Origin: a bacterium | Lineage (GTDB): Bacteria; Armatimonadota; Zipacnadia; Zipacnadales; UBA11051 | Assembly: GCA_030604405.1 (NCBI GenBank) | Contig: JAUVVY010000006.1 | Span: forward strand, 14,589-78,588 | Direction of reading: 5' to 3' | DNA length: 64,000 bases | Notes under the pieces: generated by a model | Database searches by the model: none | Told to the model about the DNA's origin: nothing | The model's input: the letters and a program-made list of their open reading frames with translations, nothing else | Program-made: the position numbers and the translations under genes | Part shown: piece after piece, positions 27,444 to 37,439 of the stretch | Numbering within the stretch: position 1 is the stretch's first letter | Layout of the letters: each line of letters begins with the position of its first letter

Positions 27444-30074
27444 GTGGACGAACGCACCAGGCGGCAAATAGACTGGATAGTAATTATCGGGGTCGTTGCC
27501 TGTTTAATCGTCTGGGGTATCGGTCGTAGCCAGCGGATGGCCCGCATGCAGAATCAGCTCGGGAGCGGGACGCCAGACCAACAGATAAAGGCGGCCCAGA
27601 CACTCATTGACGGTCGCATTCTCGCTGATGCGGTTAAGGACCAGCCGCGTTGGGTACAGGAGCGCGTTGTTTCGGCGGTGGCTCAGATCGGCACCGCCCA
27701 GGCCTGGTACCAGCTCTTGACGGCGTGGTATCTGCTCGACGCCCCGGTGCAGGCGCGCGCCACCGAGCTGCTCACCAACGCCGGCACCACGGCGATCCCT
27801 ACACTTGTGGAAGCCCTCAGAGACAAGGACGCCAATACCCGCAAAGGCGTCAATGCCGTTCTGATTGCAATAGGCGAGCCGGTTATCCCCTACCTCCTGC
27901 CGCTGATGGACGCCTGGGATGACTACGTGCGAGCAGGCGTCAGCGCCGTGCTCGGCGGCATCGGTGAGCCCGCGATAGACGAAGTCATCGCTGTTGTCAA
28001 GAAGACCGCCCCGGGTGCCGATCAAGACTCTGAAGAGTACCTTCGCGAGCGAACCGCCGCCCAAGCTGCGCTCAAGGTAATGAAGGCCGGGGCCTTCGAC
28101 GCAATCGTCAAGGACTTGCTTACTGACCCCAACACGGACACGCGCGGCATCGGCGTAACACTGCTCGGGGCTATTGCCGATCAATCACTCGTAACCCCCA
28201 TCCCGCCTGAGGAAGCTGCCGGGGTACTCTCTCCGCTGCTGGCGAGCCTGCAGAATGACAATAGCTATGCAGTACGCCGCAAAGCGGCGCTCTCGCTTGG
28301 GCTGCTCGGCGCGGTCGGACGCGAAAACGGCGCGGGCGCACCCCTCATCGCCCGCTTGCAGAATCCTAGCGAGCGCCCTGACGTGCGCGCAGCGGCTGCC
28401 GAGGCTCTGGGCAAGCTTGCCGACCCGGCCGCGGCCGCGCCACTCGTACAGGTCCTGATCAACAGCCGTCAAGGCATCGCCGACGAGCTGGTCCGGGCGC
28501 TGGAGAGGATCGGCCCCGCCGCAGTAACCCCACTGGCGCAAGCAATCACTCACCCTTCCGCGGAAGTACAAGTGCTAGCCGTGCGCGCACTGTCAAATAT
28601 CGGCGGGACCGGGCCGGTCGTGCCGCTCGCTACAGCGCTTTCCACAGCTTCGGCCCCGGCGGTTCGTCGAGGTGCCGCCGAGGCGCTTCGGGCGCGGGCT
28701 GCCGGCAACCTCTCTGTCCATGTCGGCACCATCGTGGGGCCACTGACCAAGGCACTTTCTGACCCGGATTGGCACGTTTACTATGCAGCGCGTGACGCCC
28801 TGAGCAAGTGCGGCCCCGCTGTTGTCCCAGCCCTCTTGCAGGTGCTTGGTGGCGATCACGTCCGCGCGGCTCACATGGCCCAGCAGGCCCTGGTCCGCAT
28901 CGGCAAACCAGCCATCAGCGAGCTGATTGGCGCGCTCAAACAGGCGCACAGCAACGCGCGTCTGGCCAGGTGGGCCGCCATCGCGCTAGGTGAGCTCGGT
29001 CACGAGGCTGTCAAGCCGGTCTCCGCGATACTTGGGGATGCTACTCAGCCCACCACGGTTCGCGAGGCGGCCATTGTTGCTCTCGGCCGCACTCGCAGCA
29101 AGGATGCACTACCAGTTCTGCAGGAGGCATATTCCGGAAGTCAGCCGCCTGTCGCCAAAGCGGTTCTGGAGGCGGTCGGCAAGATCAGTTGCGAAGGTGG
29201 TGTGGACATCTTACTCGATGGTCTCCAGGCCGCCTCGCCCGGCGTGCGCGACACTGCCACGGACACGCTCATCCAGTGGCGCTTGGGGCAACCGGAAGGC
29301 AAGCTCAGACAGATGCTACAAGCTGAGGACAAGGACCTTCAGTACCGCGCAGCAATCGTCCTGGTGCTTGGCACATCGGCTCGCGCCGAGACCTTCTCGT
29401 TCGCCGGAATTGGTGGCGTCACAGAAGTCGAACTTGCCCCAGCCGTGCGCGGCAAGGTCGGCACGCTCCTTTCCGAGGCGGCCGCTGACGACAGCGCTAC
29501 CCCCACCGTGCGCCACTATGCCATCAAAGCACTTGGACAGATGGGCTACACTGAGGGCCTGGCCGTCCTGGGCGAACTGCTCAAGTCTGGCGGAAAATAC
29601 GCCGCCGACGCCGGACAGTCGGTGGCCTGGATTGGCATAAAGACTGCGGAAACCGAAGCCGATGAAGACACAGGGCAACTCAGTGAAGCAGCGAAGTTGC
29701 TGATTGGCCTGTTGACTGACCCAGACAGCAGCGATGATATCAGAGTGCAGGCTGCCGTCGCGCTGGCGATGATGCAGGCCGGCCCGGTCGAGGCGATGAC
29801 TCAAGAACTCGAGGGTGCTCCTGACGATATCAAGCCATGGCTGGCAGCCACACTGGGCGCGGCTGGCAGGTATGCGACAGAAGAAATCTATGAGACGTAC
29901 AAGCGTGCCAAGGACCCCGCATATCGCATGTGGCTTGCCGTCACCATGCAGTGCATCGGGGACGACAAGTCCCTAAAGACGCTCAAGCAGATACCTGAGC
30001 AGGAACAGCCGGACGAGGCGAAGAGTGCCGCAGCATTGGCACTGACCGCCCAGATACGCCTGCAAAAGAAGTAG
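27444..30074 (+). CDS. Membrane-anchored HEAT-repeat (PBS-lyase-like) protein, about 876 aa
   Basis: GAGGAG RBS then GTG 27444; N-terminal TM; many repeats of the type VRxAAAxALGxIGxxAVxPLxxAL. Confidence 0.88.
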   Translation: MDERTRRQIDWIVIIGVVACLIVWGIGRSQRMARMQNQLGSGTPDQQIKAAQTLIDGRILADAVKDQPRWVQERVVSAVAQIGTAQAWYQLLTAWYLLDAPVQARATELLTNAGTTAIPTLVEALRDKDANTRKGVNAVLIAIGEPVIPYLLPLMDAWDDYVRAGVSAVLGGIGEPAIDEVIAVVKKTAPGADQDSEEYLRERTAAQAALKVMKAGAFDAIVKDLLTDPNTDTRGIGVTLLGAIADQSLVTPIPPEEAAGVLSPLLASLQNDNSYAVRRKAALSLGLLGAVGRENGAGAPLIARLQNPSERPDVRAAAAEALGKLADPAAAAPLVQVLINSRQGIADELVRALERIGPAAVTPLAQAITHPSAEVQVLAVRALSNIGGTGPVVPLATALSTASAPAVRRGAAEALRARAAGNLSVHVGTIVGPLTKALSDPDWHVYYAARDALSKCGPAVVPALLQVLGGDHVRAAHMAQQALVRIGKPAISELIGALKQAHSNARLARWAAIALGELGHEAVKPVSAILGDATQPTTVREAAIVALGRTRSKDALPVLQEAYSGSQPPVAKAVLEAVGKISCEGGVDILLDGLQAASPGVRDTATDTLIQWRLGQPEGKLRQMLQAEDKDLQYRAAIVLVLGTSARAETFSFAGIGGVTEVELAPAVRGKVGTLLSEAAADDSATPTVRHYAIKALGQMGYTEGLAVLGELLKSGGKYAADAGQSVAWIGIKTAETEADEDTGQLSEAAKLLIGLLTDPDSSDDIRVQAAVALAMMQAGPVEAMTQELEGAPDDIKPWLAATLGAAGRYATEEIYETYKRAKDPAYRMWLAVTMQCIGDDKSLKTLKQIPEQEQPDEAKSAAALALTAQIRLQKK

Positions 30075-30141
30075 CTACACCACCGCCACTAACATCTCAG
30101 AGTTGGCCGCTGGAGTTTTTCACGGCCCGGGCGAGGGTTGA

Positions 30142-31104
30142 TTGCTGGTGAATACACGGAGCATCATGATAGTAGCTGTCATCCTGATAATACTGGCCGC
30201 CATTTATGGCATTACTCTCTACCAGAGAGGCGTCAAGCTTCAGCAATACGTGGTCGAGCTCGACAGCGACGACTCCGCTGCCGTCCTCAAGGCGATAGAC
30301 GGGCTGAGTTCTTCCGGGCGCAGGATTGTGGGACGCGTGGACTTTTATCTTGACAACGTCCGTCCTGAGGTCCGCTCGCGCGCTGTGATGGTAATCGGCA
30401 CCTGCGGTAGTAGCGCTGACAGCGCCATCATCTTCCCGCTGCTCGAGGGCGACGATGACAAATTCGTGCGCCGCGACGCGGCCGTGGCGCTCGGTAAGCT
30501 CGGAGGCGACGGGGTAGTAGCTGCTCTGACCAAAAAGTTGGGAGACGGTTCCGAGGATGTTTTGGTGCGTGCGGCCGCTGCTAATTCCCTGGCCATGCTG
30601 GGCGCAGCCGAAAGCATCGCCGGGTTGGTCGCCGCTCTGGCCAACCGTCCTCCAGTTCTCGAGCCGGTCTCTGAAGAAGATGCCGAGGCGGAAGAGGCGC
30701 CTGAAGACGCCACCCTCCCGCTGCGTATGGCCGCAGCAGAAGCACTCGGCCGCTTGGGAACCGATGCAGGCGTCAAGGCACTCGGCGAAGCTGTGTTAGA
30801 GAACACCGAACCCGGCGAGCGCGTCCGGGCCGTAGCAGCTTACGCACTCGGAGACGCAGCACTCAACAATGACAACGAAGAGGAAATGAATACGCTGCTG
30901 GAGAGCCTGCTCACCGCTAGCGGCGATAGTATCGGCGACGTGCGAATTGCCGCCATTCAGTCGCTCGGAAAGGCCACACTCATACCAGATACGTTCCAAG
31001 CAAGGCTTGACAAGGTCTTGACCGCTGCGGTGGCAGACGAGCACTACTGGGTGCGCGAGGCTGCTAAGGAGGCCCGACGCAACGTCGGCCCACTGGGTAC
31101 CTAG
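30142..31104 (+). CDS. Membrane-anchored HEAT-repeat protein
   Basis: N-terminal TM; repeats VRSRAVMVIG, VRRDAAVALG, VRAAAANSLA, VRAVAAYALG, VRIAAIQSLG. Confidence 0.87.
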   Translation: MLVNTRSIMIVAVILIILAAIYGITLYQRGVKLQQYVVELDSDDSAAVLKAIDGLSSSGRRIVGRVDFYLDNVRPEVRSRAVMVIGTCGSSADSAIIFPLLEGDDDKFVRRDAAVALGKLGGDGVVAALTKKLGDGSEDVLVRAAAANSLAMLGAAESIAGLVAALANRPPVLEPVSEEDAEAEEAPEDATLPLRMAAAEALGRLGTDAGVKALGEAVLENTEPGERVRAVAAYALGDAALNNDNEEEMNTLLESLLTASGDSIGDVRIAAIQSLGKATLIPDTFQARLDKVLTAAVADEHYWVREAAKEARRNVGPLGT

Positions 31105-31157
31105 CTTTTGCTTACCTGCCGCTCTACGCACTTCATCCACATTCCGGAGGGAAACTG

Positions 31158-31751
31158 ATGGGCTTGGATCTGAGAACTGCGGCTTTCATGTTGGCCCTGG
31201 CAGCGCTGGTTATGGCTGGCGGCTGCGCGCTCGACCCGATGGAGGAGCTTGGCAACCAAATACAGTCTCAGGATGTGGGGACGCGGACTCAGGCTATCAT
31301 CGGGCTGGCTAACCTCAAGGATCAGCGCGCGACCGAGGAGCTACTCGGAGTGCTCGAAAAAGACGACGAGCTGTTTGATCTGGCAGCCGTCGCTCTGGTC
31401 AAGAAAGGGCGCGAGATCGAACAGCGAGACGACAAGGCGCTCAACAGGATTGTTGAGGACGCGGGCAAGATCCTCAGCAATGCCCATCTGGCCGAACGCT
31501 TCCGCGCCCGGGCCGCGTGGACGCTTGGCGAGATAGGCAGCCGGGAGGCAGTGGCGGTGTTGCTGACCGGCACCGTGGCAAAGGTGGGTGTGGTCGCGGC
31601 CGCACTGGTACGCGAGTACAGTACACAAGCTCTCGAGAAACTCGGCTACTACTCCGACGGCCGCGCCTATGAAATTCCCATGGGAACGCTTCTCGAACAG
31701 CTTGACATCCTTCCGGAGCCCGAGCCGCTCGCCCTGCCGGAAGTCGAGTAA
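31158..31751 (+). CDS. HEAT-repeat lipoprotein
   Basis: GGAGG RBS; lipobox MAGG-C; repeats TRTQAIIGLA, FRARAAWTLGEIG. Confidence 0.83.
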   Translation: MGLDLRTAAFMLALAALVMAGGCALDPMEELGNQIQSQDVGTRTQAIIGLANLKDQRATEELLGVLEKDDELFDLAAVALVKKGREIEQRDDKALNRIVEDAGKILSNAHLAERFRARAAWTLGEIGSREAVAVLLTGTVAKVGVVAAALVREYSTQALEKLGYYSDGRAYEIPMGTLLEQLDILPEPEPLALPEVE

Positions 31752-31790
31752 GCTTGCTGGATCAGTTTCATCAGCGGATCGCATCTTCCA

Positions 31791-33536
31791 GTGGCCGGGC
31801 TTGGCCAGCGAGTCCGGTCGCATTGCTTTCACATCTCGCCACTAAGCCCAGACGCCGATCGAGTGCCTCTATTGAAACGCACTGCGACGCATGATCCCGC
31901 GACGCGCCCCAGCCCTACGCGGACGGCAGCGCTGTGCGCAGCCGTAGCGGCCACTCTCCTCTTGCTCACCCACGCTTCCCACGCGACCGACCGGCCGACG
32001 CGCGCCTTTCCCGTAGTCGGCGCCGACTTTGTAGCCCAGGCACAAGACGATCTTTCACTTGGCCTGACTCACGACCCCTACGCAAAGATCGCCCTGCCGC
32101 GGTGTGATTTGATGGGTGGCGCCGAGCGCCCTGACACGACTGCCCGGTGGGGCCCACCGATTGCGCAGCGCCTTCCCCGAGGCGTCAGGATGTCGGCTCC
32201 GCTCGACCTCGCGCTTCAGTACCGCGTCCCATTGGAGTTCTGTCCCGACTACTGGCCAGAACACGAGCCTGGCAAGACCCTCGCCGAGTTCTGCGAGGAT
32301 GAGTACCTCGGCTACTGGCCGCTGGAGCAAGACCTCGCAGACAATCCCTTCGCCATTGCTAAGCAGCAGGTGGAAGCCCTTAACGAGGACCGTGCTGCCG
32401 TCCAACGGCGCGTCACCGCAGCTCTCGCCCACTGGTGGCTCAACGGTCACACCACCGAGGCTGTTGGCAGTACCGTATTAGGGGCTCTGGCCAGTGAGAA
32501 GCAACTCCACAACGACATAGTTGTGGAGATGACCAAGGACCTGCTGCTTGAGATCGGTCCTGAGAGCCTCTGGCAGGTGGTGGCCGACGAAACGTCGCTG
32601 GCGGTTGATTTGCGGATAAGCTCATCGCTTTCTCACGACACTGCAGTCAGCATGTCGAGGATGCTGCAATTGGCGGCCCAGCGCGGTATCAACGCGGTGG
32701 TGGTAGCTGACCCCGGCCACATCGGCGGCGCCCAGGAAGCCGCCCGCATAGCTGAGAAGCTCAAGTGCCAGGGGCTGCTGCCCGAGAGCTTCCAAGTTGT
32801 AACCGGGGAGCATGTCAACTGTTTAGGTGGCACCCTCACCGCTGTGGGCATAAAGTACCGCGTCCTGGAAGGAATGACCTTCGAGCGCACCATTGACGAG
32901 ATTCACGCTCAAGGCGGCGTGGCTCTTCTCAATCATCCCGGGAAGCTGGGTGGAATGGATCTGCTGCGCCGCCTTGATGTAGATGGTTACTTCATTCAGC
33001 CTTCTCTGTTCGAGTTGTTCCGCACATTGAATATCCTGTATGATCCCCAACTGGCCGACAAACCGGCGCTCTACGGAAGTCACACCCGCCACGCCCAGGG
33101 CGTGGGGCTGCCCTATTCGGCAGTCATCACTCAAAGCGCCGAGCCTGAAGCGATCGTTGCAGCGTTGCGGCGCGGCGACGCCTACGCGGCAAGCAACCTC
33201 TATTTCCCGCTGATGGGGCTCCTCGTTCTCAAGCCGATTGCCTCTTTTGAGAAAACCCTCAACGGATACTTCATCGCTCACGACTGGCTCACCACTCACA
33301 CCCGGACGTTACTCAACGCCGACCACGTCATCATAACCACTACCTGGGATGAGAGCGTGCAGGGCCTGATGAGCCTTGACGACACGTTCAAGGAGATGCG
33401 TGCCATCTCTGATGGCGAATCGCCGCTGTTGCGTGCGCCCAAGATCACTTCTATCGCTGCCCAATACGGACCTTTACAGATACAATACTCGCGGCATACA
33501 GACGAAGTGTGGCTCCGAGGCAGGGCCAGCTTCTGA
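31791..33536 (+). CDS. Secreted protein with a degenerate PHP domain (start uncertain; 31863 or 31872 likely)
   Basis: Signal-like TAALCAAVAATLLLLTHASHA; PHP-like segments DLRISSSLSHD, RGINAVVVAD, TGEHV, IHAQGGVALLNHP, GSHTRH. Confidence 0.65.
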   Translation: MAGLGQRVRSHCFHISPLSPDADRVPLLKRTATHDPATRPSPTRTAALCAAVAATLLLLTHASHATDRPTRAFPVVGADFVAQAQDDLSLGLTHDPYAKIALPRCDLMGGAERPDTTARWGPPIAQRLPRGVRMSAPLDLALQYRVPLEFCPDYWPEHEPGKTLAEFCEDEYLGYWPLEQDLADNPFAIAKQQVEALNEDRAAVQRRVTAALAHWWLNGHTTEAVGSTVLGALASEKQLHNDIVVEMTKDLLLEIGPESLWQVVADETSLAVDLRISSSLSHDTAVSMSRMLQLAAQRGINAVVVADPGHIGGAQEAARIAEKLKCQGLLPESFQVVTGEHVNCLGGTLTAVGIKYRVLEGMTFERTIDEIHAQGGVALLNHPGKLGGMDLLRRLDVDGYFIQPSLFELFRTLNILYDPQLADKPALYGSHTRHAQGVGLPYSAVITQSAEPEAIVAALRRGDAYAASNLYFPLMGLLVLKPIASFEKTLNGYFIAHDWLTTHTRTLLNADHVIITTTWDESVQGLMSLDDTFKEMRAISDGESPLLRAPKITSIAAQYGPLQIQYSRHTDEVWLRGRASF

Positions 33537-33640
33537 ATCACGTGTGCCTCAAGCACTGTCATGCCGCCGTGTGAAAGCCGCTCTTGTGGGACGAACTTAG
33601 AGGGAAATTGCAGCAGCCACGATTGATGAATGGCTCGGGC

Positions 33641-34918
33641 TCAGCCGCGACACGTAGTCACAAGCAACCACAGGGCCAGCAGTAGGTGGCCCGCCCCGCT
33701 GCCCCAGCTTGCGGCTCTCTCTATCGCGCCCAGATCCAATGCCGTCAGCGGCACCAGTAGGTTGACGCCAACATGCATCGCCAGTGCCAGGCCGATCACG
33801 ACGATCGCACTCCAAACCAGTACGCCCTTCACACCGGCCGCTGCTTGCGGCCCCAGGAGGCCGACGAACAGCGTTATTAGCAGGTAGCTACCCAACCCCG
33901 TCCGTAGCACTTCTCTCAGCCCGTGGCTTACAGGAGGAAGCAACACTTCGCTGGTACTTCCCAGCCATACGCCGATGCCGGCTATGATCGTTACGGCTAC
34001 CAGCACACTCACCACAGCAACCGAGGCTGCGACTTTAGCCAGAGCCCGGCGCCCATCTTCTACCCGTGCGCCAAGGTACTCAAGAGCGCTCAGGTCCCTG
34101 AGCATGTAAACCGTAGCAGCGGCCAGTCCCAGTCCGGTGAGCGCTAGCGGCATACGCACCCAGGTGTACGGATACGGCAAAGACCACGCTTCACCAAGCA
34201 CCCACATGACAAGCAGGACGTTGTAGGCCACTATGCTGTTGACGGCGCGGCGACGCGGTTCCTGGGTGCCCAAGAAGCGTGGCATTATCGAGACTAGCAG
34301 CCATAGGCCTGTATTGCAGACGAAACCCAGGGCAAACCCTTCGTACACGGCACCAGATGAACGCAGATAGACGACACCCCCGTATTCCAGTGCAGCGCTT
34401 ACATTGGAAGCGAAGTGTACAGCCACCGCCCCCAAGAACCACAGGGCCCCCACCCGTAACAATATGTCGCGAACGGACGGGTGCAAGGAGCGGAACACAT
34501 CTTGCCATGTGGCCCACAAATAGACCACGGCCCCGCCCAATTGCATCGCCGAACCAAACACCGCCAACCCGTTGCCGATTACAGGCCCGGTCAGAACCGC
34601 GCGTCCTACCGCATCGGTCACATATCCCAAGAGCAATAACCAAAAGCAAATCCTGGCCCGCGTTCCGGCTTGGTCCCGGACCTCCTTGAGCTGCGGTACC
34701 AGCCACATGCTGACACCGATCAGCATAAACGCAGGCCAGGCCATGAAGGACAGCCAGTCAAGTGTGCGGCTGTCAACAACAATTGCCATGTATTTGCTGG
34801 CCCAGCCACCAGTGTCGGGTCCCAGGAGCTTAAACGCGAGCATATCGGCACTCAACAGCACCGCGCCTGTACACCCGAACAACCTCAATATGGACCTTTT
34901 CGAGGCCTCATTACTCAT
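33641..34918 (-). CDS. Polytopic membrane protein (about 11-12 TM), weakly NnrS-like
   Basis: Many hydrophobic segments; repeated LG/FxxxxG...P(R/Q)(F/L) units. Confidence 0.7.
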   Translation of the reverse strand: MSNEASKRSILRLFGCTGAVLLSADMLAFKLLGPDTGGWASKYMAIVVDSRTLDWLSFMAWPAFMLIGVSMWLVPQLKEVRDQAGTRARICFWLLLLGYVTDAVGRAVLTGPVIGNGLAVFGSAMQLGGAVVYLWATWQDVFRSLHPSVRDILLRVGALWFLGAVAVHFASNVSAALEYGGVVYLRSSGAVYEGFALGFVCNTGLWLLVSIMPRFLGTQEPRRRAVNSIVAYNVLLVMWVLGEAWSLPYPYTWVRMPLALTGLGLAAATVYMLRDLSALEYLGARVEDGRRALAKVAASVAVVSVLVAVTIIAGIGVWLGSTSEVLLPPVSHGLREVLRTGLGSYLLITLFVGLLGPQAAAGVKGVLVWSAIVVIGLALAMHVGVNLLVPLTALDLGAIERAASWGSGAGHLLLALWLLVTTCRG

Positions 34919-35014
34919 GTGGTCAGCGCCTGGCCAGCTTTGGTCTCAGACCGGCTAGAATAGCAGGCCGTTACACGACCGTCTGCCGCAGCTTTGCTCA
35001 TCATTAAGCAATAC

Positions 35015-35043
35015 TTGTACCTTAGCATAACTTACGATATACT
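35015..35043 (+). promoter_or_regulatory. Sigma70-type promoter TTGTAC-17-TATACT
   Basis: -35 at 35015-35020, -10 at 35038-35043, about 40 nt before ATG 35084. Confidence 0.7.
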
Positions 35044-35083
35044 TTTGGACAAGGCCCGCACGATACATTACGGAGGCGGCGTC

Positions 35084-36034
35084 ATGAGAGGTTGTCAACT
35101 GCTGTTGTACGTGATCTCGGTGTCCCTTGCAATAAGTCTGGCTGTGACGAGGCCCGCCAGCGCGATCACGCCTGATGTGCACTGGCACCCCACCTTTGAC
35201 GGCGCCCGAGCCCAGTCGGCACAAAGTGGCAAGCCGATCCTGGTCTTAGGCTACAGCCCGGATGATAGGCATTGTGAGACCCTCATCATCTCGATACTCA
35301 GACACCCGGACGTTGTCAAAGAACTCGGCAAGTTTGAATTGTTTGCCGCCAACGCCGACGATCCGGCACTCGGGCAGTTCTGTGCCACTTTCCGCATCGG
35401 CGTTGTGGACCAAACCGACACATGGATAACCCAATTCCCGGTCCTGCCGGTATTCCTATTTCTAGAAAACAATGCCCATGAGTACTTCCGCGATTACGGC
35501 TACACTCCCGCCAGGCGCGGCAGCGAAAGGTCACGTGACCTCGCCATCGCGGGCGCCGCCTTTGCTCTGCGGCTGCAAAAGATTCAGCGGCTGATCGCTG
35601 GTCTGCGGCAGATCGCCGCCGGCCCCACTGCCACTGCGTATGCTCAGGTCGGCCACATTCTCATTGAGCTGGAGCATTTCGACGAGGCGCGGCCCCATCT
35701 ACAAAAGGCTGTGCAGCTTGACCCCACTAATGAAACCGGTGCCTTCGCTGATGCCTATCTGGACCTTATCGTCCTCGACATTGCCGAAAACCCGGGCCGT
35801 TCGCTGCAACAGCTCGACGATTTCGCGACCCGCTACGGTGAGAGCGACCGCTCACTCGAGGTCCGCTATTACAGGGGTGTGTGCCTGATAGCCCTGGAGA
35901 AGTATAAGCAGGCCCGCACGGTACTGCGCACCTTCGAGACCGGTGATCGGACCGCGCCTGAATTCGACTCCCCGTGGACTCCTCTTGCCTTAGGGTTGCT
36001 GCAACAGTTGGATAACCTGAAACTAGGCTTGTGA
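35084..36034 (+). CDS. Secreted thioredoxin-like plus TPR protein
   Basis: Signal peptide; WHPTFDGARAQSAQSGKPILV...DRHC thioredoxin-like N-terminus, PVFLFL; C-terminal TPRs. Confidence 0.75.
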   Translation: MRGCQLLLYVISVSLAISLAVTRPASAITPDVHWHPTFDGARAQSAQSGKPILVLGYSPDDRHCETLIISILRHPDVVKELGKFELFAANADDPALGQFCATFRIGVVDQTDTWITQFPVLPVFLFLENNAHEYFRDYGYTPARRGSERSRDLAIAGAAFALRLQKIQRLIAGLRQIAAGPTATAYAQVGHILIELEHFDEARPHLQKAVQLDPTNETGAFADAYLDLIVLDIAENPGRSLQQLDDFATRYGESDRSLEVRYYRGVCLIALEKYKQARTVLRTFETGDRTAPEFDSPWTPLALGLLQQLDNLKLGL

Positions 36035-36105
36035 AATCGTGGCCCAGTCGAACCGGCGCAGTCGTGGAACCGGCTCGAGTGTTGTATTGCCACCCCTCGT
36101 TTGGC

Positions 36106-37380
36106 TCATCTCAACTGCCGCAGTAAGAACACGCCAAGGACTTTGATGCAACGGATGAGCGCTTCCAGGTCAATGTACTCGTTGTCGGTGTGCGGGGCGT
36201 CGCTGGCACCTGGCCCGTACAGGATCGTCGGGATGTGCCCATAAGCCGACGGCCAGCAGGCGTCGGTCCAGGCCACCATCCGGTCAACCTCCGGCCGCTG
36301 TCCGGTAATGCTTTCGAAAGCGTCAGACATCTCCCGCACCAGCGGCTGGTCCTCGTCCTCGCTGAACGCCACCAGGTCCTTGATCCAGGTGATCTCGCAG
36401 GGGTGTTCGCGCAGCCACTGATCTTGCTGCTCGGCGGCGCGGATGTACTTTTCGTACTCCTCCCTGACCACAGCGCCCCCCCAGATACCGGTCTGCTCCT
36501 GGCCGGCCTGTGCTTCATCCAGCTCATAGACCATGTTCATTTCCAGCCGCGCCTCAGCGGGTACGACTGCCGGGTGGATACCGCCCTGGAATACGCCCAG
36601 GTTCAGCCGCGCCTCGGGCCGTTGCGTCTCCCGGTCGCGCTTGAACTTGTATGTCGCTTCCTGAATGATTAGAGCTTTTTCGATGGCGTTGACGCCGGTG
36701 CCACGGGCCGCGTGTCCTGCCAGCCCCTCAACATCTACCGCAGCGGTCAGACAGCCATTGCAGCCGACGGTGATAGTATCATCCTTACCGTCCACGAATA
36801 CGGCCATATCGCCGGTGTAGCCGGCCTCGATGCAGGCCAGCGTGCCGGCGCCACTACCATTACACTCCTCATCAACAACGCTTTCAAATATCAGCTTCCC
36901 GGTTAGGTTGTCGGCGACATCCAACAGGCCTCTGATGGCGCTTACGCCTGCCGTGATGCCGCCCTTGCAGTCGCTGGTGCCGCGGCCCAGCATCCTGCCG
37001 TCGGCGATGCACGCGCTCAGTGGCTGCCCATCGTAAGTGTCAATACCGACTGTATCCATGTGGCCATTGACAATAACAGTGGGCCCGTCGCCGCCGAGGT
37101 CCCACGTCCCGACCAGGTTCGGTCTGTCCTTGAAATCTCGGCTCCTCGGGCCGATGACATTGGTGCGCTCGTAGATGTCGTCGGGGCAGTCGAACAGATC
37201 TATCTCTGCGCTCATTTCCTCCAATATTGGCCGCAAATACTCCTGACCCGGCTTCTCACCCGCCGGATTCGCATCGCCCGAATACGGATTGGTAGTCTCT
37301 ATGCGCACCAGATCCTGAAGCAGCTTGAAGATCTCTTCGCTGCGCCCACCAATTAGTCCGGTCAACTTCTGTTCTATCAC
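36106..37380 (-). CDS. M20 family metallo-hydrolase (ArgE/DapE-like)
   Basis: NGHMDTV, GRGTSDCKGG, DEE, GHAA, YGPG...HTDNEY. AGGAG RBS then GTG 37380. Confidence 0.92.
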   Translation of the reverse strand: MIEQKLTGLIGGRSEEIFKLLQDLVRIETTNPYSGDANPAGEKPGQEYLRPILEEMSAEIDLFDCPDDIYERTNVIGPRSRDFKDRPNLVGTWDLGGDGPTVIVNGHMDTVGIDTYDGQPLSACIADGRMLGRGTSDCKGGITAGVSAIRGLLDVADNLTGKLIFESVVDEECNGSGAGTLACIEAGYTGDMAVFVDGKDDTITVGCNGCLTAAVDVEGLAGHAARGTGVNAIEKALIIQEATYKFKRDRETQRPEARLNLGVFQGGIHPAVVPAEARLEMNMVYELDEAQAGQEQTGIWGGAVVREEYEKYIRAAEQQDQWLREHPCEITWIKDLVAFSEDEDQPLVREMSDAFESITGQRPEVDRMVAWTDACWPSAYGHIPTILYGPGASDAPHTDNEYIDLEALIRCIKVLGVFLLRQLR

Positions 37381-37439
37381 TGTGGCTCCTCCCGGCCTCA
37401 AAGGATACATTGCCTCCGGCATAAGTGACTTGCAGTATC

